A stretch of DNA of 63,837 bases, counting the filler, from Reticulomyxa filosa (taxonomy: Eukaryota; Protista; Foraminifera), in the NCBI GenBank assembly GCA_000512085.1. It is 21 parts of 21 records of this genome, joined end to end, with 100 filler letters (N's around TTAATTAATTAA, not from the genome) between each part and the next. Parts side by side here need not be neighbours in the genome. Positions count along the whole stretch, not along the records: positions 53,287 to 56,162 come from ASPP01028075.1; positions 56,263 to 57,628 come from ASPP01008851.1; positions 57,729 to 61,079 come from ASPP01002566.1; positions 61,180 to 62,353 come from ASPP01038604.1; positions 62,454 to 63,837 come from ASPP01023819.1; 16 more parts are not named here. One strand, given 5' to 3'. Under the pieces are notes generated by a model. The model had not been told where the DNA came from. It saw nothing but the letters and a program-made list of their open reading frames with translations, and did not search any database. Every line of letters begins with the position of its first letter. Position 1 is the first letter of the stretch. Shown here in pieces: positions 53,326 to 63,837 of this stretch. Both the position numbers and the translations under genes were made by a program.

Positions 53326-54666
53326 ACACTTAATGAGTGTATTGCATCGTTATTTTTGTTCTTCAGTAACAATAAATGGACAAAACGCGTGGCAGTCTCA
53401 ATTGGGAGTGGCTCAACTAGTATGTCTATGGGCAACACAGTATTGGAAAGACGACTTCCAACATTGCAAACCTGTTCGCGATGAATTGGAAAATTTCAAA
53501 AAAGATGTGCACAACTATGTTAAAGACCCTTTGAAATGCCAGCAAATTGAAAAATTACTGTCTCCTCCGACGGTTATACTCGGAGAGACCAATCCATCGA
53601 CACAACCTCCGCCACCACACAAAGACTTTCACTTTGTAAATAAGCAACCCTATGAAATGATCGAGGAAGAGATACGTTGTCGTTGGCCTTATTTGGAGTC
53701 GATACATTTGGAATCACTCAAAATTCCTGACAAACTCGACATTCTCAAGTACAAGGCAAGCACGTTGGCTGAACAATTGACGTTAATGGATCACTTTGTA
53801 TTTGTCACCATTCAGTCGAGAGAGTTAATGTCACAAGGATGGACTAAGTTAAACAGGTGGGAGCGTTCTCCACATGTTCTTAAAATGATTGGACAATTCA
53901 ACTCGGTGTCACGTTGGTGCCAAATGACTATTTTGACTGCCAATAACCACAAGGAGCGCAAAAAAATTTTGAAATGCTTCATTTCCATCGCTGTGGTAAA
54001 CATCAACACTTTATATATATATAAATGTGTGTGTAACTGTCATGTTTTTAAAAAAAAAAAAGGACACACAAATAAATGAATAAATTTATATTTATACATA
54101 ATAATAGCGACTGAACGAACTTCAAAACTATAGTTCGTTGTGTTCAATTCATGCGGCGATCACTTCGATGCCTGTCCAAAAATGCAAAAGAGCTTGGGCT
54201 AGTTTGCGCAAAAATAAAAAGTATATGAAACAATTGGAAATGATTTCGTCAATTTTTTCTTGGAAAACCTCAACTTTGAAAAAGTTATATATGGAAGTCA
54301 AAGGAACAATGATCCCTCATTTGGGGAGTATTTTGCATACCTTGGTCACCATTGAAGAAGGTGATAAATACTTGGAGGATGGATCTGTCAACAAAATTAA
54401 AATGATCAAATTAGCAGAGTCTATCGAACGACTCATACGATGGCAAGGAGTTCACTAACTTTTTTTTTTTTGTGCAAAAAAAAAAAAACAAACAAGCAGC
54501 TCTAACAATTCACTTGTTTGCATATGACAAACAATAAAAAAAGGAGTCATATGATCTTCAAAGTGATATGGTCCTCCAAAAACTTTTGCTGGAAGAATTT
54601 GTCAAGGATAGGAATATTTCTGATATATTCTTATATAATCTGGCTGAAATTGTTGCCAAAGAATAG
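53326..54666 (+). CDS. RasGEF (CDC25-type) protein, 3' part, 3 visible exons
   Basis: 'LAEQLTLMD', 'SPHVLKMIGQFNSVSRWC', 'LQNYSSLCSIHAAI', 'IPHLG...LVTIEEG...GSVN'; last exon 54544-54666. Confidence 0.92.
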
Positions 54667-55443
54667 TCAGGACTAAGTATGCAACACTATGGTTATTGTT
54701 TTGTTTTTTGAGGATTTAGTGTTTGGTGGTCTTTATTTCGTTTTAGTACTTTCATTTATTCCATCACCTTCTTGAGTAATTTTTGAGCAAATAGATTTCA
54801 TTGTTTGATGGTTCGTACACATTTTGTTTTCTTCTATGAAATGTATTAAAATTTTTGATTGTATTCTTATTTTGTGTCAAGCAAGAACAACTTAGAAAAC
54901 ATTTTTTGTGTTTAAAAAAGTTTGTGTCATGAGAATTTATATAGTGTAAGGGAGCAAGGACATTGATATATTTATAACTACCTAAATGGTAGTGAATCAT
55001 AATAGATTATATGATGAATGCTGCCTCATACTCAACGCTGTCAACGAAGATGTGATTGGTGACTTTCCACGTTGAGCTTGACGATATTCCGAGCTCGTCT
55101 AGTCTTACCATCACTGTATTTCCAAGACAAGACAGACTAATCATACGATCTATTTTTTTTTTTTTTTCCTTTTACAAAATCATTTTTGAATTTAAGAAAT
55201 ATAATTTAAAAGATTTTTGATTGAATTATTACTACATAAGTTTTCAACATTTTTTTTTTTTCAATTATTATTATTTTTTAATTTAAAAACAAACAACCAA
55301 ATTTTAACAAAATCAAATGATAATGCAATTATTTTATTATTGTTAATCATTTCGTTTTTTACTTTTCCTTTTTCTTCGTCTTTCACTTTGTCTTTTAACT
55401 CATCATTACTTCTTTTTTAACATTTATTTCACTGAAAGAGAAT

Positions 55444-55591
55444 CTATAATTGCAAACCTCTTCGCTTGTGGTTTTCATAAGAAAATCTCTTATGACATTT
55501 GTTGCATTTGTATGGATTTACTCCGGTGTGCGGTCACCACGTGCACTGCTAATACATTTCTACAGTAAAACTGTCTCTTGCAATAGCTACA
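55444..55591 (-). pseudogene. Degenerate C2H2 zinc-finger pair
   Basis: 'CSYCKRQFYCRNVLAVHV', frameshift, then 'HTGVNPYKCNKCHKRFSY' with a TGEKP-like linker. Confidence 0.65.
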
Positions 55592-56262
55592 CTCAAATTT
55601 CAGTTTTTTATTTGGAGAGTTATTTCCGACAACAAGAAGTTAATGATCAAGAAGAAATTGAGGAAAATTATTTGATATACAAAATTATAGTTGAAATCTA
55701 GTTTTTTAAATCAATGTGTTTGTGCATTTGCATGCATGTTTGTATTTTTTGATAATAGTTTCAATAAAATTTACAATCAATAACTATAAAACATTGAAAC
55801 GTCTGTTAGTATTCAATGATCATAAACATTCATTTGTTTATATTGTTATCAAAAACATAATAAATATGGAATGTCATTGCATTAAGACTGTTTTTGTGAT
55901 ATATTGTTAATCATTCCATAGTTGTTTTTTTTTAATAGCAATATTTTTTTTACATCATCATTTGCTAACAAATCGAATAATTCTTATCTTTACCTAAAAG
56001 TAATATCAATTGTTTCTATGACTGAATTGGTTTATGCTTTTGAACACAGACAACATATCAGAGAAATCCAATATCCATAATCAATAACATCACAAAAAAA
56101 GTGGCAAATAAACACTGAGATAACACATCCAAGTAAAAGTAAATTTTTGAATATATAAAAAGNNNNNNNNNNNNNNNNNNNNNNNNNNNNNNNNNNNNNN
56201 NNNNNNTTAATTAATTAANNNNNNNNNNNNNNNNNNNNNNNNNNNNNNNNNNNNNNNNNNNN

Positions 56263-57628
56263 AGCAAGAGCAAAAGCAAGAGCAAAAGCAAGAGCAAAAG
56301 AACGAGCCTGCACAAACGTCAGTTTCAAATTCAGACATTAGCCACGAAAATGCCAAGGATGCTACGCAAGTACCACCAATCACGGAGACAACGGAACAAG
56401 CAACAGACCCGTCCACGAGCATTAGCGATTCATCTGGTGTCCGACCGAGTACTGATTCCAAACCATTGTTGCGTTTCTATTTGTTTTGTTTGTTTGTTCT
56501 GTTTGTTTGTTTGTTTGTTTATTCGTTTGTTTTGTTTGTTTGTGTGCTTTACTTTATTTCACCTCACGTCGAGGCAGATTACATCCTCTCACTCTTTCTT
56601 TTGCCACGGTTTTAGGAATGACAACGACGTCCAATCACCCAACCCCCTTGTCTCACCGGCCATTCCACAGTACAGCTTTGATCCGGCTAATCTCTTTGTC
56701 GAGGTAATGATTTGATTCCATTTTGTAATGTAATATTATTTATATATATGCATATACATATATATAAATATATATATAAATATATAAATATATATATATA
56801 TATCGTATAGCCTTTGGAGAAGAAAACAAGTGCAGACGTAGTATCACCTTGGCGAATGTCATTTTCTGACATCCATCGACGTCGAATGTACAGCTCGAAA
56901 ATAAGAGTGCTAAGGAAACTGGAGGATATGGAAAAGTGCGAAATAGACAAATGTATGAAATTCACACAGCAATTTGTCGAACAAAACGTGGAGTTGGAAA
57001 AAAACTTGGAATTGCTCAAGCAAACCGTCGCCCACCTTTCCAACGTCGAGGCAAAAAACAAGGAAAAGTTGGTCAAATTTCAAGTTTATCAATGTCTACA
57101 ATATATATATATATACATATATATGAATTTTTTTTTTTAGTTATCCATTTACTTACAATAATTCTTATACGTACATATGTTTATGTGTACATGTATTTGT
57201 ATTGTTTGCGAAAACAGAGCAAATACGTGGAACTGACACAAAAGCTTGAAGATCTTCGAGAGCAGGTACTGCTGTACAAGCAAAAAAACTTGGAACTTGA
57301 AAAGAATCTTCGGCCCTTTGGGAAATTCAAAGGTGCCTTTTTTGCGGAAAGCGTTGGGGATGAAACTGAACACGAAAATGACAATGAGGATGACAATGGC
57401 CATGAAGATGAGGATGACGACGACGACAATAACAATGACAACGATAATGATAATGGTAATGATAATGACAATGATGAGAACGAAGATGAAGATCAACATT
57501 TGAATATGTACAATGACAATGACAATGAAAGCACACCTACCGAATTCACTCAGTCGGAAAGAGGTAATGTTCAAACATACACACACACACACACACTGTC
57601 GCAAAACTCTGATGAATGATCATACTTA
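56263..57628 (+). CDS. Internal exons of a hypothetical coiled-coil protein with D/N/E-rich tract
   Basis: Exon blocks ~56263-56448, 56576-56703, 56811-57083, 57218-57563 separated by GTTT- and AT-repeat introns. Confidence 0.55.
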
Positions 57629-60600
57629 NNNNNNNNNNNNNNNNNNNNNNNNNNNNNNNNNNNNNNNNNNNNTTAATTAATTAANNNNNNNNNNNNNNNN
57701 NNNNNNNNNNNNNNNNNNNNNNNNNNNNGACCAAGCGAAACGATTTGACTTTGCCGCATCCTATGATTTTTTTCAACTTTTAAAAAATTATCACATAAAA
57801 ATCTTTTGTTAATTTTGTAAACTGGAAAAAGATAAAATACCAAGTCGGGAGAAAATAATTTAAACCTATGGATTGACTTTTCCAATAAAATGGATATAAC
57901 TACGACCATTTAAAGATATTTTTCCCTCCACTCAATGCACACGGATTTGAATGTGCAAAAAATTTACGGAGATCGTTTCCAGTGATGTTTGGATGCACAA
58001 TTACCTTTTAAAAAACATGTTAAAGGAAGTCATGGTGAATAAAAGTGTTATATTACATTTTAAATGAAGCTTTGAAAATAATGTTAAACGGATAACGCAA
58101 TATCTTAATTCGCTATTGCTTTGATTTGTGAAAATTTTGGTAGTATGCGTTTAACATATGAAGATAAGATCTACGAGTTGATAAACTTGTTAAATATTAT
58201 TGATGTATTTGTTCTTTTATCGAGATTGAACAAAAACATCAAATTAAATTTACACATTATACATGAATTATTTGCAGAATATCATTGATATTTTGCATAA
58301 ACAAAAAAAGATAGGGTTTTACTTGTTATCTACATGCTAGCCAAATATCTTAAAAAGTTGAAGGTGAACTCTTCTCCTTTTTTTTTTGGAGTTGTTACCT
58401 GTAGTCGTTATTGTTCGAGTCGTTTGTTGTGATTATGATTGATTTAGTGTCGCTGTTGTTCCTTCCAGTTAAATGCGCTGTCTTTCTTTTTTTTTTACTT
58501 TGTTTTGGAAACTGAAAGTTGGAGTGTGACAAAGGTGTCACATTAAATAAAATAGGACCAAGATTGCATTCGTAGTGAAAGTCGTAATTGTGGATTCCTG
58601 GTTATTTATTTTGTTGCGTTATTTGATGGTTTCCAGTGTTGCAAGGAGCCAGTCAGCCGCCGGCGCATTTTTTTAATTATTATTGTTGCGGTCAACAGCC
58701 GCAACAAACAACATTGTAGGCAAGCCGATGATGATGAGCAGCTAGGACCACATCAACGAACATGTATTTGTCGTCGAGTGCTGCATATTCCATCATTGTG
58801 CAATTTATTGCAGGATTGGTGACAACGTCCATCGAGGATGGACGAAATAGTCTCACTTTCTGCTGCCAGTGTGCAACTGTGTTAGCAGAGGGATCGAGGC
58901 TTTATTATAGCTACAATGCCTACACTTTCTCATTGGCTGACGACGGCCGTTGTAATTTGTAGTGCTATCATTTGGAGTTATAATTCATTTATTTAATTTA
59001 ACTAATTCTTTTTTTCCAATTATAATAAGTTGTTTTTTTTTTGTTTTGTTTTAGATAGATTGTTATGCCTGTCATCAAATGGGGTCCTGTTATTAATCAT
59101 GCGCACCTGTTCATTATTTTGTTTCCTATTTGTTTATTTGTTTGGTCATTTCATTGTGTCCTCATTGCAGCTTTTGTCCCTGACATTTTTTTCCCCTCTT
59201 GCAATTTTACTCCCTTTTAGCTTTTTCCCCTCCCCTCTAGCTTTTTTCAATAATTTTTGGTATTTTTTTCTACTTTGGATTGTTATTGAATGGAGATTAT
59301 TATGTGGTGGTATTACTGTGTCCTGCAAAGTGGCTCCTTTGTTAATACTTTTGCGCCTCTCATGTAGACCAGACAAGACATGATGCAGTGATTGCATCTC
59401 ATTTGGAGTCGTGTTTGTCACCTGTCCTGCAAGCAAAGAGTCCACTAATGTGGACAATTAATCAACGATTCCAGTAACAAGCGGCTTATCTATCTGGCAG
59501 CCATATGGCTTGGTCAATAGATATTGATCCGCTTTGGGATGTATTATACATCCACTTATCCCCCTACTTTCTAATTGGTCTACAGTTGTATATCAGGGGA
59601 TGTGCAAGTACTTACTTGCAATAGTGGTCATCTTTAATATTTGTAACACAACGGCCGTCCTTGAGATTTGATATGCGTTTATTCCAAGTTTCGTTTGACT
59701 TTTTACGATTTGTGTTGTTTATTGTGTCTTTGTTTGATAATACAATCACAAAATTGCAAACTCGGTTTGAAATAGAGTGGCATTAACTTGGTGTTTGGTG
59801 CTATCATGTCCATGCCGGATATCTCAAAATTATTTTTTGTTTCTTTTAATAATAAATGTAATTGTATTTATACTTGATAAATTTAAAATTAATTTAATTG
59901 ATAATTTGAAAATGAAACTATTCACGTTTGGCATCTCTATCTTTAGATAAAATCCAACTATCCATTTTAAAATAAATATTTGTATGTTGTCATCAAGACT
60001 TGACATTGACAAGATAGCGAAAAATATTACCAAATTTTTTTTTTAAATGGCACCAATCACAATATGATATTCTGTTTTGTGTGTCATAAATTCTTCACAT
60101 AAATGCTATCCTTTCTTTTCTTCGAGATGCACTTATTGACGATTATATTTCATTTGTATGAAGGAAAGGATACAATTCTGTTTCCATTCGCACAAACATA
60201 TTGTTTTCACTTTTTTCTCTTTTCTTCAAAAATATAGCTCGAAAAAGGAATGAAACCCACATAACGTACACATACTTTCGCAATTGGATTTTCACTGTAT
60301 CAAAATGAATATATTGGACATTACATGGACCATTGCATTGCAAACTATACGTACATATGACCAACATGCATAATTACTTTACATGTTTTCACATAACCAA
60401 AAATCAATCATTAATTGTAATATCATAGCTTACATTTAGCAACATTCCATGATTTACATAATAATCTCTATGCTCACATCGAAAATGAAAAGATCTTATA
60501 TTTACTGCTCCATACAAAATGTTCATATTTGTCATTGCATGTCGCATTATACTCTTACTTAATATGGATCAAGAATCAGAACTCGAGGACCACATAGAAT

Positions 60601-61179
60601 ACTTTGACATTAAGGAAGATATTATCAACACTTGTTAAGAGTATGACAACTTGTTGGTCGGTTGTCATACCAAAAAAAGGAGAAAAGAGTTTTGGACAGA
60701 TGTTTCTTGAGATGCAAAAGTTGAATACAAAATTTGGCAGAACTTACTTTCAATAACAATGTCATAACAACACATTATTTTGCTGCTGCGTTTAAGAGTT
60801 TCGGGCTGGATAAGGTAATATGAACTTTGGGCGTGACAAAAAAAAATATTATTACTAATGTGTTGTTTGTCAATGCGGATTAAATTTGCATTCTAACTTA
60901 CTCTTTTCTTGGATCATTACAGCCAAAAATTGTATTTGACAAAAGTTGCGGAATACAAAACGAAAGCTAGAATATGATTGTAAATTTAATCATAAAACAA
61001 TATCAAAATTAGCATTGGAGAAGCTTCGTTCAACATAATTAAAATTAAGGAGAAATAAGTGATAAGAGTAAATTTCTTTNNNNNNNNNNNNNNNNNNNNN
61101 NNNNNNNNNNNNNNNNNNNNNNNTTAATTAATTAANNNNNNNNNNNNNNNNNNNNNNNNNNNNNNNNNNNNNNNNNNNN

Positions 61180-61338
61180 TTAAATAAATTGGAACAAACT
61201 TTTGGAACTATCACATGTATTGGAGGAAGTGAAGGATACAGTGGTGGAGACGGAAGAATTGCAATTTATGGTATTGAATTATCATCAAATGATATTTTAA
61301 AAATTAATCCAAAACCATTTAATAGACTCCACAAATAA
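61180..61338 (+). CDS. C-terminal fragment of a Gly-rich-motif protein
   Basis: 'NKLEQTFGTITCIGGSEGYSGGDGRIAIYGIELSSNDILKINPKPFNRLHK*'. Confidence 0.55.
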   Translation, partial: LNKLEQTFGTITCIGGSEGYSGGDGRIAIYGIELSSNDILKINPKPFNRLHK

Positions 61339-63097
61339 TTTGATTTTATTTTTTTTCATTTTCAAATTTTTTGAATTGAAATGATTTTTATTTTTGAAAG
61401 TTTAAATATTATGAATGCTAACTTTTAGTTCAAATGGCATTCTCTCCATAAGAATAATATCATTTTGTTAATGAATTATGTTAAAAGTACTTCAAATTTT
61501 ATTTTCCCAGTTTCAAATTATTTTTTAATTTAGAAGTAAATGTTTTGAAATGCAATCGATCTACTTTCAATACTGATTTTAATACAAATTATTTCTTTCA
61601 TCGCAAAAAAAAAAATCATATTTGTTCATAAATGTAAAAAAGACGTTATATGCTAGTCATACAAAATAGTATTATCTTTTAAGAATATTTGAAATGAATT
61701 TTATTATATGAATTAATTATATATTTGATAGCATATTACATTTTGAGATTAAATTTAGCAAATAGACATGCATTTATAACTTTGTCAAGGATTTGATATT
61801 TACGTGAGTTGTACTCAATATATTGAAATGCCCTAAGTTTTGAAGCAAATTGATCAATATTTATGCATTTGTTGAGCCGAGGAATACAAGAATTTTTAGT
61901 GTTTTTTCTCATATAATTTCAATCTTTAGAATATGTTATCATTATCTTTTTTTACCTTTAAAGGTGAAAACATTTTTGTGGCCGAAATTTTCTCATAATT
62001 TATTTTCAAAGAAAAGTGTGTTTGTTGAAAACATCAGATTTAGTTTATTGTAAACCATTTTGTAGAATAATTATACTGATACATTTATTACAAAGGAAAC
62101 AAATTAATATGAACTTATTAAAAGATACAATCAGTCAAGATAAAGAAAAAAATATTTCAATTTTTCAAAAAGTTTGTTGTTTATTTGTTTATTGTGTAAA
62201 TAATGAAAAAATGACAGAAAACAAGAAATTTGCAATAATGTCTGAAAGAAGCAGAAGAGAAGGATAATGTATTCGAGGAACGTGTGAAGGAAATGGTAGA
62301 TCGAAAAGAGCTATTGCAAAATAAAATCCAAAAGGGTAACAATAATGAGATAANNNNNNNNNNNNNNNNNNNNNNNNNNNNNNNNNNNNNNNNNNNNTTA
62401 ATTAATTAANNNNNNNNNNNNNNNNNNNNNNNNNNNNNNNNNNNNNNNNNNNNTTACCAAAAGAAGATGAAGGCCAAAGCAGAATTACCATCGAATGGTT
62501 TGGCAATGCTGGTGATCCAAGGTACAAATTCCTAATGTGTTTGTGTTTTTTATCACTATATTTTTTGCCTCCAAAGTTAGGTTCGAGTTAGTTCAAACTT
62601 GTCGGACACTCTTTGCGCGATGTTTCGACGACGCAATTCAATCATTGACATCGACGGCTGATGACTCTGTCAATTGTAACTATATGTACATTTTTTTTTT
62701 TTAAGAACATATCAATATTTTAACAATAAAAAAGGACAAAAAAAAATCAGTTGATGAATAAGTGAATTAGTCAATATATACACATATTTTTTTTTTTTGA
62801 CAAATGCAAAGCACAAGATACAAAGAACGGCTCAGATACAAAAGAAGAGACGACAGCGCCGCAGAACGTGAGACGATCAAGACGACGAAGCGTGTTGCAA
62901 AATGAAACTTCAAAGACGACAGATACAACAGGCCCTTTGCAATCGGCCCCCTCACATTCGAAGCGAGTTCATTTCTCAGCGCAACTTGTTGAGTTCATCG
63001 AACCAAAAAATACATGATAAAAAGACGAAACAGTTTTGGCTAGTTGTTTGTTATAAAAAAATATATATATTTGTTTTAAAGCGAACGTACATGTATA

Positions 63098-63143
63098 CAG
63101 TAGATTGCCATTTAGGTATGGCAGTTTTTTTTGCAATCTACTG
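63098..63143. repeat. 46-bp element with CAGTAGATTGC terminal inverted repeats (ultra-short MITE-like)
   Basis: TA-CAGTAGATTGC...GCAATCTACTG with internal hairpin TGCCAT-ttaggt-ATGGCA followed by G and T8; second copy at 49551. Confidence 0.7.
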
Positions 63144-63837
63144 TGTCTCAAAAAAATAAAAACTGATCACAAAATAAGACTACTTTCTGGTTTATGCTCA
63201 ACAAAAAAGAGCTTTTTTTATGAATGTGATTATAATTTGACATCGTTTTTCTTAGCAGTACACAGCTGGCCGAACAAAAGAGATGAAAAAAGCATTTGAT
63301 GGAAAAAAATTGTTGCTTGAAAGCTTTCCAACAAAGACAAAAGTTAAGTTAACTTCAATTGAGATAAATTCTAAATGCAACATGTTATCCAATTGTTGAA
63401 TGCCAGTATTGAGAATATCATCAAAGAGAACAGCACTCTTTATGGAATCGACACATAAGCTTCTTTACTCACAATGAAAGCATTGATAATAACAATAAAC
63501 GAGTTCTCGAATCGTTCTCCAGTTGTTTGACTCAGGGCTTTTAAAAATGAGCTCAAAAAAAATAATTAAAAAGAATTTGTTCGTGAAGAGATCTTAAATG
63601 ATACTTGTATTCGATACTATTTAGAGATGATGTAATACGTCGAATGCAAAGCAAAGTAATTGAAGATTCTTTACGTTCAACAAAATTCACAAGATGCAGA
63701 AGATTACCTAAAAACAAAAAATATAATACTTGGCTGCGAAATATTTGTTAATCATAAATGTATATATTCAAGTTTGTAATGTTTTTTCGTAATTTCAATT
63801 GAAAAAAGTTAAGAATAAAGATAAAAAAACAAAAACT

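Noticed and set aside
58560-59700. ORFs 58762-58962, 59030-59383 and 59146-59457 as genes
   Set aside because: No recognisable motif or consistent exon structure; possibly decayed sequence.

Overview
This window is not one locus. It is 21 short contigs joined by 20 artificial 100-nt spacers (N44-TTAATTAATTAA-N44), so adjacency across a spacer means nothing. Twenty segments are AT-rich, intron-containing eukaryotic DNA. The gene families (kelch and WD40 propellers sharing a 'KIKLGW' module, ART-like proteins, many pseudogenes) suggest a foraminiferan such as Reticulomyxa; this is inference from recall, not a search. One segment (22187-23987) is GC-rich bacterial DNA carrying divergent ppsR-ppsA, probably betaproteobacterial. 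Recognisable eukaryotic genes: two SLC35-like transporters, an ankyrin protein, a Ubl-RBR E3 ligase, an LCM-family methyltransferase, kelch and UBR-box pseudogenes, trans-L-3-hydroxyproline dehydratase, the 3' end of MIOX, a WD40 protein, a ZFAND1-like AN1 protein, a JmjC pseudo-enzyme, a TH1-AGC kinase, an R-S-E-type ART-like protein, two tandem i-type lysozyme-like genes, an amidohydrolase, an MFS transporter and a RasGEF. Mobile DNA includes a decayed LINE, a dispersed TGTAGG...CCTACA repeat family and a 46-bp inverted-repeat element. Top leads: (1) a ~34-aa exon-encoded module found at the C-terminus of a kelch protein and the N-terminus of a WD40 protein, possibly an undescribed E3-adaptor box spread by exon shuffling; (2) signal-less, Cys-poor i-type lysozyme paralogues; (3) ART-like proteins; (4) unusual splice signals (GTT donors, A-rich acceptors).
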